64,000 bases of DNA from Yuukianura sp. NJ FZ-2021 (Eukaryota): contig CM102283.1 of NCBI GenBank assembly GCA_046563655.1, positions 9,548,001 through 9,612,000 of the forward strand, written 5' to 3'. The position numbers and the translations under genes are program-made. Under the pieces are notes generated by a model, which worked only from the letters and a program-made list of their open reading frames with translations, was not told the DNA's origin and did no database searches. Below, in pieces: positions 48,466-60,224 of the stretch. Position 1 is the first letter of the stretch. Every line of letters begins with the position of its first letter.

Positions 48466-50465
48466 ATTTTACGATTTGGAAAAAAAAAGTTTATTGCCAA
48501 AATGATATTTCGTGACAGGTTGTGTTACTTTTTCGCAAAAAAAAAGTTATAACAAAATTGTGGTGTGCAAAAAGATGCGTTTTGTGTTCGCTTCGATAAC
48601 TTTTCACACGATTTCTATTTACTCTTTTCGAAAATCTGATAAAAATCAGTTTAGCACGAAAGGTTATAAGTTTCATCATCATCAGTGCGTAGAGCCAGAA
48701 ACTTTTGACATTCCACACTTCCACTAAAACCAAAATTTCAAAAAAATATTTCTCAAATTTAAAAAAAAATAAATTTTTTGAAACATGAATAAAGCGAGAT
48801 CATTTGTTACATTTTATTATGGTAAACCTGTTACATATAAAAAGTGTTGTACAGATCTTTTTTGTTTCATTTTTTTGTCAACTTAAAAGTTTAAACAAAG
48901 CCTGATTAAAAATTCAACACAAATTTAGTTCACTTTTACTCTAACCATAACTTACATTTTTAAAATTTTTTTTTTTTTTTGAAATTTCATGCAGGCAGAT
49001 TTATAGCTCAAAAACATGAGTGGGCATGCATGCATAAACACACGCTTTCCATCACATTGGAATATGATTTTTAAATTGGAACACATCAGAGAGGACACTG
49101 TGCTAAAATATTAAGTGCTTTTTACTAACTTTTTAGTTAACTTTTTAGTAAGATCTTAATGTTGAGTTTATATCACTTGCCTCTTTACGGTCTTTACCTT
49201 CAAAGAGGGAATGAGATTCAAAATTTTAAATTAAATAGGAGAATTTTAGCCCAAAAGTTAGCCAAAATTCTAAAAAGTGAGCAGCGTTTTTGGAGCCCTT
49301 AGCAGAGATTCCTATACAATTTGAAATAAACCAAAAAATCTGCCAATTCCGTTTTTGTCAAACTATTTAAACGTTTTAGGCTACTTTTGAAATACTTTTG
49401 TCTAATCGGCTAAAATTGGAAGGTAAAGAATCTAATATTGCCTGTTTAACACGTTTACAGCCTAAAAAGACGTTTAACACTAAAGTTTTTTTGAGCATTC
49501 GACAAGGAAGGTGTTTGACAAAGGACAGGAATTTACACAACTTTCGACTACAGATTTTGGGCGTTGTTTAACCAGCACGTTTACATTTTAAACAAGTCGT
49601 TTAACACATGTTAAACGACTTTGGTTTTTAGTTGGAATCACACGGTAGTACTTGACTTTAAAAACGTACAGGTCAATTTTACAGCTAGTTTGTGCTCAAC
49701 TTTTCTAAAAGTGACTTACACCTAAAACTATTGTTCTAAAAACTTTGACAGTTATTGAAAAGTGCTCAAAATTAAAAATTATTATTTTAGATTAAGGTTA
49801 TTGATTCATCCGTTTCCAAAATCCTCTTCATCTTAATTTCTTGTGCAGCGCCTACCACACTTGTAGCAGCCATTTGTAATTTAGCACCTCAACCACTACT
49901 TCAAAAGTCAGCTAATCTTCCGTTCTGAAAAGTTCAAACATACATTTTTAGAACAAGCACATTGTAGTACTACGATATGCACAAATTTCGCATGCGACAA
50001 CATTTTTTATATATTCCGCAAGCGGCAACATTTAAAAAAAATGGACAATCACAACTTTTTTTTTGTATACGACATATATATGACGACATTTTTTTCAAAT
50101 ATGGCGCCCACGATAACATTTTGGCGCCCCATACCGGACAAACATTGAAAGTTCGGATGCCCAACAAGGATATTGTGCCCGGAGGGAGTAACTGCTAGTG
50201 CGACCGGAGTGTTTACATGGATTTACATTGAAATTTGCGGAATGTGTCCCACACATGAAGGGTTGAGCATCATTCAGAGTCTGACATGAGGCATGGAAGT
50301 ATCGTACCACTTCACGCTCCTGCTCCAGTAGTGGCGTCCCATCACTTGTGTTTGTGCAATAACTCCATTCAGTAAGTACAACAATTACTGCGCAGTTCAG
50401 CCTAACATCTTCTACGACTCATCTTAATTGTATAATTTTAATTAACTTTAGGTTAATTGACAGTG

Positions 50466-51163
50466 ATGAGAAGGACTACATGGTTAACAATTGCGGGGTT
50501 GTTCATATTGGCACTGGCAGGGCGTATCCTCACCAAACCTTCGTCAAATCCATCCCACCGATACGCCCAAGACTTTCCGGAAGCAGGTTTCCTTTTTTAT
50601 TCTTACTTTATGTATCGGTATTCGCCGTATTCGGTATTCCTAGCATTCAGTATTCATTTAGAGGGCGCTAATTTGTAACTATTTAGCTAATTACTTTTGT
50701 TATTGCGTCAACAGGTTGTCCGTACGCTACAAGCGATTCCTACAAGGCACCTAAAAAGTACCCCTGTCACTGCGGCCTGTTCCACATTTGGTCACCGGAG
50801 CACAATGGCTGCGTAGGCCTTGTCAACACTTCCTGTGCCCGTGGACGATTATGTGCCACCAACCTCCTCTGTGACACAAACGACTGGTGCAAGTGTATCC
50901 ACCAATACACAGCCACCAAGGACCGACTCTGTATTCCTACCCTTCTACCCGGTTCGTCAACGACCTCCGACACCACCACTGCCGTGGTAACGGTACCGTC
51001 AACTACAAAACCCGTAACGGTAACAGGGAGGAGCGATACATCCGTCGCACATCACGGAATTGTGATCCACATTACTTGGTACAACTCCTCAGCACCAATA
51101 TTTTTTAAATCTAGTACCCTAGTCTTAGTCTTAGTCATAGTTTTCATAGTTCCTTTTGTATGA
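50466..51163 (+). CDS. Secreted or GPI-like Cys-rich (EB-module-like) protein with Ser/Thr-rich stalk, ~189 aa
   Basis: Exon 50466-50586 (signal-like MRRTTWLTIAGLFILALAG) plus phase-1 exon 50715-51163: CPY...CHC...GCVGLVNTSCARGRLCATNLLCDTNDWCKCIHQYTATKDRLC, then a T/S/V-rich stalk and hydrophobic end TLVLVLVIVFIVPFV*. The ORF track does not give it as a single ORF. Confidence 0.8.
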
Positions 51164-51389
51164 CACTGACCATGCAAACCCCTTGACCTTTCCTTTGTAC
51201 TCGTCAATCTTAAGTCTGAGCCCGTTGATTAATTTATGGGGGAGTTGCCGTGCGACGACCCTCGTCATAACCTTGTGCCCCCAACTGAATTAACTTTAAG
51301 ACAAGGTCAGAGTTTACTCACCTCTAAGTTTGTAAACATGTACTGTTGTTGTTGATGTTGGGAAGTGGATGATTTTTAATAAGGTTTCA

Positions 51390-54300
51390 TTAAAGATAAG
51401 ATTCAGAGAGCTCGTAGTCCGTGGTCGTTTGAATGGACAGTCCCTGCCCAATGGCCGAGTCTGAGTTTGGCTCCATGTAGTAAGTCTCTAAAACTTCAAT
51501 GTGCTCCATGTTGTTATTCCGATTTCCGGTTTCAGCCCTCGCACTACCCGACATCGTACTACTACTCTTCCGACGTCCATGACGAACGGGATGGGCCTCC
51601 AATTCACTTGGATTCTCAAGCTCCTCTCCAGCCTCCAGTCGACGAATTGAGTTCTTCTCTTCCAACTTAACTCTTAGGATTTTCAGTCTTTCTTCTTTCT
51701 GGAAAAAGAAGAAAAAAGTAAGTCAACAAATTAAGGATTCCCTTTGTGTAATCATAAATCACTATAATCTCTCCATCTCCTTCAGATACATCGACGCAGC
51801 AGGAAATGAGCATAACTGATTGATCCTTCTCCAGAGAGTTGAGAGCGGAAGTTTACGTTGTTCACACAACGACGATACCATAATTTATATTTTTTGAAAA
51901 AACTTACTTGTTCCAAAATTTTCTTAAGCTGATCATTTTCTGAGACGAGTTTGTGGTATCTCTCCTCTTCCTCCTTTGTTGTTCCTCCGTCCGGAGCTGA
52001 ACTTCTGTCTGATTTTTCATTCCCTTCCCGCACCACTTCGATTATTTTAGGAATAAAGACGAGTCCCATTGTGATCATGGCAGAGAATATGATTGCTAAG
52101 GAGACAAAGGCAAAGGAAGCATCTTGTTGATTGTAAATGACCATCGTCACTGGAGTGGTGATGAGACAAAGTACAGCCACATTGTAGATTGACATGGCCA
52201 CCAGTCGAGAGTCATTGATGTGTCGCACTTTGAGACTCCGCGTCTCATAGGCAAGGAAGAGACCAAAGATGAGCAACAGTCCTTTGAAACTATACGTGAT
52301 CCCTGCAAAGTTACAAAAAAAAAACTTGGATTAATTTTTGCCGCCAAAACTTTTCAGTTTTAAGTTATAGCTTACTTGGACTTGGAACCGTAGCTTACCT
52401 AGCCATATAAAATTATAAGTAGATTCACAGTGTTCTAAATAAGGGTGAATTCTGTAATCTTCATCCGTTTCTTTAGTATTGGGATCCTCGGGTTCAAAAT
52501 GAACAACATTTCTTTCCATAGGATCAACTAGTGTCCATACTGTTAAAAAAATTATGTCGATTCCCACGAGAGTAGCGACGAGGAGATAGAGCTTCCAGGG
52601 CTGGATTTTGTGCTGTCAGAGATACAAACGAAACAATAATTAGAATTGAGTTGGATATAAAATGGGAATGTGTGATTACCTTGGCTTCTGATTTATGCTT
52701 GGTGGTGAGGCGATGAACGCGCCAAACTTTGGAGAACATGGCGCCGTAGGACATTGTAAATCCCACTGACAGAATCCACTTACGGAATGTGCACATGATG
52801 GGGAAGAAGGACTTGGGCACAAACTGGCCGTCCAGGCCGTTGAGGAAGATGGAGGCAAAGCTGAAGCAGATCCCGATGAGCATCAAAGTGTTGGTGACTG
52901 GATGAGACAGTTGGATTACTCTACGGAAAAGCACAAAATGAAATTGAAATGAAACTGAGAATTACCAAACAGGGATTTGTGGAATTCCCTTCGTAAGTGA
53001 CGACTCGCGACAACAACATTACACAAAAACATCTCTTTTAGCAACTCGCTTCCTAAAAATACGCCGATACCGTAAAATCTCACTTATAGCAACTCTCGGA
53101 TACCGTAAAAACTCTCTTATAGCAACTCTCGGATGCCGTAAAAACTCTTATTACATCGTCTCAGACAGCGCTATCATCCAAAATCTCAACAGCTGACGGT
53201 GAGCTCCCTCCAAAAACATAGGTTTTACGGTATTTCTTGATAAAAAGAGTTGCCAAAAGAGGGGTTTGTCTGTAACAGGTTATGTGTAAGGTTAACGATA
53301 ACCCAGGGGTAAGTCGACGAAAAAGGATTTCTCTTACTTTCTCTCCCGGTAAATGTAATTGAAAACAATGAGGACACTGGCCCAGATAATCCCTACGGCG
53401 GCAATTGTACTCATCGAAATGAATAAGCTGAGAGAGACAGCACGAAGTTCTGGCTTCATGTACGTTTCATCCTGCGGTATTTTTCCACCTAAAACACAAA
53501 CAAAAGTGAGCTCAACTTTTCCAAAAAACAAATACTAATTGGATGTGGCGAGGCTAAAGGTTAAGTAGCTTTTCTTTTCATACCCTCCAACCACCTTTTC
53601 CTCCAACAAAATAATTCCTTTCTCCCACTTTTTCCAGAAACTATAATTCCTGTCGGACTTTTCCCAAAACTAATTGAATTTCGTACCTTCCCACGTCGCA
53701 TCTTTGAAGTCGACGTTGTCCTGGATACCCTTTAATTGGTCGTTGACCGTATCGTAGTAGCCAAGCGTGACGTACTTTCCGTGCTGCATTTGCTCTATTT
53801 GTGTCAAGGCAATTCGATCTCCCATTTCAGTAAAGGCTACGTCTCCCTGGAGAAAGAGACAAAAAGCGGATTAAGCTGGAAACCCAATGCTCAGTGTAGC
53901 CATGGAGATGATGATAAGAGTGGAGACGAAATTAAAGCTGGTGGAATTGACTTAAAGTCAACTGGACTGAAATAATGAACTTACTGAAACACCTAAAAAC
54001 TCAGTGGCATTCATTGCATCATAAAGCTCATCCTTGATTTCGGCATTGTCGTAGGCAAAGTCCTCCAGCCGCTTTCCCGCCTGACTCAGGCGTGTGATGG
54101 TCTTATTAAAGGCTGGAAAGAGAGAGTTTTAGTTACAGGAAAATCAATTAACCTTCTGTTCCTCCAGAATACTGTTGACTCTGCCATTATGTTATTATTA
54201 AAAGAATAATTATTTCCATTACCGAGTGCCACGGCCCAAATTGCATCGTATGCCAGTGGAGCCTCTTGGTAGCCTACGGGGAACTCCTTCCTGACGATAT

Positions 54301-57300
54301 CGAAGTTCGGGAGGTGCTTGAGCTTCTCGTGCAGTCGACAGCGAAAGTCTTCCGATGTCTAATTACATGTCACACAATGATCAAGAAATTAGATGAAATT
54401 CTGGACACGATATCCAGGGAGCGGTGCACGACATCCGTGCTTAAGTCTCCTAACTCGAATGGTGAAGAAGTAAGGTAACAGGTAAGGATTAACGACTGCC
54501 ATTGTAGCCACCCTTGCTATCTTTTGTGGCTGCAAGAGGCGGTTCATTTTGGTGGCAACTTTTGTAGCCACTTTAAAATAATCCGTAACTTAAAGTGGCA
54601 ACACAAGTTGCCGCTTAGCGTAGCCACCCATTATGGCCATAAAGTGGCAACACTGTGTGGCTACAATGACGATCGGTAAACCTTACCCCAACCGCAAGTA
54701 TTGGTGGATTAAAAATGGGTGAAAACTGACCATTCCTGAGAGTGTTTTCCTGGTATCCTGATTCCACATGATGGCTTCCGTGGTAAGGTGTCCCTCTGCA
54801 GCTATCTTCATCTGTTCCTTGGTACAGTTGACTTTCTCTACGTCTAGGTTTGCTTCGTACCAATTATTTTCGTACCATCCTGGAAGGAATGACGCAAACA
54901 AAAGACAAAATGCCATTACACACCTGTCCTCCTCACTGTAAACATGTCCTTCACTTTGTAGTCTAAGACACACTACAACTAAGGACCCGGCACTTGGAAG
55001 TGCCTCAATTGAAACTTTAATACTGTTGTGCTCCCTGTCTTTGGAAAAGTTGAAAGTACTATACTAAAAATAAACTGTCTCCAGTCACACAACAGCACAC
55101 CAAAAAGGTTTCATGACCTCCGACCTTTTCAAAAGTTCGTACCTATAAAGAACCAAACGTATTTTTTCCCATATAGATTTCGATGGTAGATTTCACAGAG
55201 GACTTTCCTGGCAGCGTCAACATAGAAGAGTCCAACGATGATTCGAGCATCCTGTCTCTCTGTCAAAAAATAAAAACAAAAACGTGTAATTTGATCAGTC
55301 AAGCATCAAATCCAATCAAAATGAGCCCATTTGTATGTCAAAAAAGGGAAAGTGGAGGCGATGAAGTGTAACTTGAACTTTTTAGTTAGTGAATCACTCA
55401 AACTCGAGCAGTATTCTATTATATCTTGATAACAGTAGTTCGGACACTGACTGACACGCCATGTCATGTTCTTGTCTTGAGACATGACAAGGAGAGTATC
55501 CTCGCTAGCTGTCACCCCTTTAAACATGCATGAGAAAAAGAACTGTCCGTTTTTAAACTAAAATTCAACAGTTTTACCCAAGTTCCGCACTGCTTCTGAA
55601 GGGTCTGTCAAAAAACTTTGACGCGTGACGATCTCAATGCCCGCTTGCTTACACTTTTCCTCCAGGTTCTCCACGGTCTGAAAAAAGACAGACAAAGGAA
55701 CAATTAATCATCATTTTCAGTTCGGAATTAAGTTGGTAAGTGCTGTTGCTTCTCTTTAGTTACACCCTAATAGACTCAATTTCCTAAGATCCTTATCCTC
55801 ATCTGTCCTTCACTCCTTTCTTCCTTGTCAGCTTGGCTTTATTAATTGCATTTTGCTCACTCCAGTGACATACACTCTCTTTTTCTGTCTGCTAAAACTT
55901 CTGGAGAAGTCTTAAATGAATATCAGAGAGCCACCGTTTTTAATTAACTTCCTTAAATGAGACGAGGGAGACACGGAGACAGTGTCGTGCCAGGGAAGTG
56001 TCAGACGAAGCAGCAAGTAAGCTTGTGATGCTGGAATTGGATGCTGGAAACTTGATTTCTAAGAAAGTGTGAAAGTGGAATTGTAAGAGACTTGCAGAAA
56101 TAAGGACCGTAGTTAGTCAAGGAATCAAAAGAACTTACAAAGAATGGATCCAAATTAAGTCTTTAAACAAAGGAGAACTTAAGTCCGAGGATCTGAATCC
56201 AGCCATCCGTGACTACAATGACGACAAACGAAGAAGCGACGACAAGCTAAGCGATGAGAGGCAGCGACGAAAAGCAACTTTCCAGAGAAAACGTAGACAA
56301 TACGACTCACCAAACAAAACAGAATGAAACACAACCCAACAAACAAAGTCTGTGTGCAAAACAAACAGGAAACTTCACGAGTCATGATACACCAATCACA
56401 AAAACAACACAATCTCCAATTCCAATTCGCAAAAGAGCGCGGAACTCTAAATTTCAAATTTGAAAAGAGCACGTAAAACTCACAATTTCGAATTTGAAAA
56501 GCCCGCCAACTCAATTTCAAATTTAAAAAGTCCGCGAATCGATCTTTGAAAAAGATCGCCGGAAATTTCACTTTTGACGTTTTTGACACGAACAAAGAAA
56601 ACCGTCAATTTTCTATCGACATTAGACACATTGCGAAACATTTTCCAAAATTCCGAACGTTTTTTGTTCGAAAATGTTAAAAATTTGGTCTAAAACTAAC
56701 ATTTGTTAAAGCCCGAGTGTAAAGTGGGACATAATAAGCTTAACGCTTCGTACGCAAAGGAATGTAGAAAATGAGATTAGTACTACTGGCAAGGGAGGAA
56801 TAAAGGGCGGGAGTGGAAGAGAAAGTTCGAATGACGCAAATTTCAAACTAAAATCAAAGGGGACATGTGCGGATGTGCCCACCGGGGTAAGTTAAAAGTG
56901 TAATTAAGTGTAAGTAAGCTGTAACACTGTCACACAAGAGGTAAATGGTCAGTTAATTGAGTCATTGGAGTCGACGGTTTGATTACTTTTAAATTCCTCG
57001 TGGAATCAATTCACAAAATTACTACGATCCAAACTTTATTTTTACTCTGACCTTTACCTTTTACAGTGTTCAAAGTTTATTCAAAATTTAGGAGGCGGGA
57101 GAAAAAATAGCTTTTCCGGGTAAAAAGAAAAGAGAGGGAAAGAGTGAAAATTGAGCCGTCATGCGTCAATGACAACCCAATTTTAAAATTAGATGACAAA
57201 GTCACATTTTCCGTGACCCGCCGGGAAAGGCTGGCTCACACACGATGGGTCAGTCGCCTGCTGATTCTTACATAACATAACTCACCCCGGGAAAATTTGA

Positions 57301-59570
57301 AAGTATATGCAATTTCCATGCAATAACTTTTATGAGAGCCAGGCCCTGGAGGTAGGATTTGCGTAAGCATGGCGGGAGTAACTACGTGGCGGGAGTAACT
57401 ATATACCCCCCTGTTGATCCTGACTTTTCTCGGAAGAATAAACAATTGGGAGACTCCGAGTGTGTAACTTTTCTCTTTTGGTTTTTCCCACTGACGTTTC
57501 CCAAATAAATTTTCCGTAGAGCCCTATAAATATTTAATACACTCCTGGTGGATGTGACCTGATTGAACTGTGAGACTCCTGACTAAAGTAATCACTCTAG
57601 CATAACCTAACTTAAAAACATGTTAACTTAAAAAGAGTTACTGACCGTGATGAAGACTTCTTCAGCCTGTTGCAGAATGGCAATCCTCTTCCACTTGTAC
57701 ATCTTCATCAACTTAATTCTCGTTGGATTGTGAACAATTGCATTGGGGTGAGTACGAAACAGGGTTTGGAATCGGTTTCGATTTGAAAGGGCGGGACTAG
57801 AAGCTCCGTAGCATAACTACAAAATTTAAAAATTGTCAAAATTTATGAAAATTTTGATGAAATCTGAAAATTCATTCCGTTTGAATTTCCATTTGGAATA
57901 ATACGATGTTTATCACACTTTTCGGAGGAGTTTGATTCATTAGCTGTCATGTTTGGTTTCACCGGAAATGAGGAAATGAGAACCGAAAGTACAAAAGTCC
58001 ACTTCAAAAATGGAATATTACATTTGTTTCCCGCCGCTTTTTTTAAATAATGAGCCTTTCGGAGTTTATTACCGAGAGAATCGCTTATTTCCAGACTAGC
58101 GCCATAGTGTCTATCGGTGCCAAAATTCTCATTTCCGGTTTAGCTCTTTTATCAAAATTACTCTGTAGATTCCAAAAATTTAAATTTGGTGCTTTCATAC
58201 TAAAACTTCTAAATCCAAATGAGTTTGTATAAATAATGTCAGATTAAGGTTAAAGTTGGGGTGAGATTAATCGAGATTAATTTAGTTTTAATCGATCTTA
58301 CCACAACCAAGTTCCACATTTTGGCAGCTTCGGCCACAGTCGTACAAACAGTTGAGCAACCCGCGAGGAGCATCAGTTTCACGGGGTCTTTATACAAAAG
58401 GTCATACATGGCTGCTGCTCCTAAGCCCGGTTCACACTGTCCAAAAATAAATAATAATAAATCAATATTATATAAATAAATAATATAAATTAAAAATTAA
58501 CTGTATAAATTCACCCACTCTGGCGAAAATTAAAATTGATTATTTGGAAATCACTTTTGGTCAAAACCAATCACCATTGACTTTCTCCGTGCTTTCTCTT
58601 TTTTACTCGAAAAAATACTCCATTTTTTCATCATTTCTATCAATTTTTGTGAATTATTTCTAACAGTGTCATTAGTCCACTTTTTCGCGTCTCTTATTAA
58701 CTTAAACTCTCATTTCTCTTGTGTCAAAAGTAAACCCCCCCCCATCAAAATTTACCCCCCCCCCCATAGTTTTGTTGCGTAATATGTGAAAACTCACCTC
58801 ACTATCATTCCAGTGCATGTCCAGCTTATAGCCTGGCAGAAGATCACTTTTGGAATTGACATCCTCTAGAGCCATGTCTGCCGCTGGCTTACAAGCCTGT
58901 TTGAACAACAAGTTACAAATTGACTCCAGCTTTTCACTTTAAAAACAAAAAAATCTTCGTTTTTTTTTCCTCAATTTTTCTCCGAAAATGAGGAAAAACG
59001 AGAAAATTGACTTTTTGAAGAGATTTTCTCTTTTTTCTCTCAAAGGAAAAAAAATGACGTCTCAATTCTTCTCTCAAAAAGAAATTGAGCAATTTTTCTA
59101 AGGTTTGAACGAAGCCTAACGAAATGCAATTTTGAAAAATTTTCAATCCAGTTCAAATTTTGAGCAGTTTTTGAAGTTTTTTGAAAAGTTACCTGGCCTC
59201 CTTGCCATCCGCCCGAGCCATTGATGGGGAAAATGGCCGCGATATGGAGGAGTTTGCGATGATCATGCTTGGAAGTACTTTCCACTCCGCCAAAAGATGC
59301 TGGCCCAGCACAATCCGCCCAAAATCCAATGATGAAACAAAAGGAAATTATCACAAGGGCTCCAAACACTTGCTGAGCCTTGCGTGGCCCATAGGGTCTG
59401 GGTCTAGTCCTTAAGGGACACGGGACTACTTGTGACAGGACTACTTTGGACAGGCCTGATGACACTGATGGCCCTGAAAGTGACACTGGAGGTGACATGC
59501 CAACCTGTCCGCTTTCACTCACTTTGAAAGCCGTGCCTGGCCACTGGGCCTCCAGGTAGGGCTGACTCAT
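51390..59570 (-). CDS. GABA-B-R1: Metabotropic GABA-B receptor subunit 1 (class C GPCR)
   Basis: Exons 59570-59193, 58896-58798, 58436-58302, 57816-57646, 55677-55578, 55259-55143, 54879-54731, 54358-54223, 54112-53985, 53846-53687, 53488-53338, 52920-52680, 52612-52399, 52302-51908, 51698-51390. Motifs [67 protein letters not shown], 7TM ([40 protein letters not shown]), coiled coil, tail ELSESYL*. The start codon is uncertain. Confidence 0.96.
53020..53274. mobile_element. MITE-like element in a GABA-B R1 intron
   Basis: Imperfect terminal inverted repeats (ttacacaaaaacatctcttttagcaactc vs reverse complement ttacagacaaacccctcttttggcaactc, 24/29) with TA at both ends. Inner inverted ataccgtaaaa/ttttacggtat and internal ~33-bp tandem copies of taccgtaaaa..cttatagcaactctcgga. 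Confidence 0.7.
56431..56555. repeat. Degenerate ~32-33-bp tandem repeat
   Basis: Units of the form aaaagagcgcggaactctaaatttcaaatttg, about 3.5 copies. Confidence 0.7.
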
Positions 59571-59817
59571 GCTGCATGTCGTCACGGTGTCCGCATTTTG
59601 GCTTTGGACTATTCCTGACTAGGTCAATTAATAATTCTGGACAGCCAGGACGTTAGGAGGCCAAGTTCTTATTGCTGGAGAAGGAGGCGGCCCACACACT
59701 CACAAATATTTCAGTGGACATGGCTGTAGACCTTATTTCCAAACCACCACTACAAAGATTCAATTACACACCTTCTCTCACACGATCACCAAAAAAGTGG
59801 AGAAAACGTGGTTTCTC

Positions 59818-60110
59818 ATTTTTGTGATTTCTGGTTTTCCGATTTTCCGCTTCCTGATTTTCTTATTTTGGGATTCCTGATTTCTGGTTTTCTTATTTCT
59901 GGATTCCTGATTTTCTGACTTCTGGATTGCTGATGATTTCTGGTTTTCTGATTTCTAGTTTTCTAATGACTCCTAATTTTCTGATTTCTGGATTCCGGTT
60001 TTCCTGATTTTTGATTTTCTGATGTGTGGTTTTCCAGTTTGTGATTCCTGATTTCCTGACGTTTTTGGTTTTCTGATGTCTGGATTCCTGATTTTGGTTT
60101 TCTGATTTTG
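59818..60110. repeat. Degenerate (tttctga/ttcctga/tttctgg)n simple repeat
   Basis: Dozens of 7-8-bp variants in a row upstream of the GABA-B R1 coding start. Confidence 0.9.
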
Positions 60111-60212
60111 CAACTTGTCTCGAAACTTGTTTTTCTCACGGTTTTGGAAAGTTTTCTAGAGTTACTTACAAAAATGTGCGTAGGGGGAGGATGAGGGTGA
60201 CCCCTTGACCCG

Positions 60213-60224
60213 AGGTCAAGGTCA
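60213..60224 (+). promoter_or_regulatory. Perfect DR0 (AGGTCAAGGTCA), GCNF/NR6A-type element
   Basis: cgAGGTCAAGGTCAc, preceded by tgaccccttgaccc, ~650 bp upstream of the GABA-B R1 start codon. Confidence 0.4.

Noticed and set aside
43431-59570. Functional cluster of RGK plus GABA-B R1 (both modulate Ca2+ channels)
   Set aside because: Adjacency alone is weak evidence in a compact eukaryotic genome, and no shared regulatory signal is visible.
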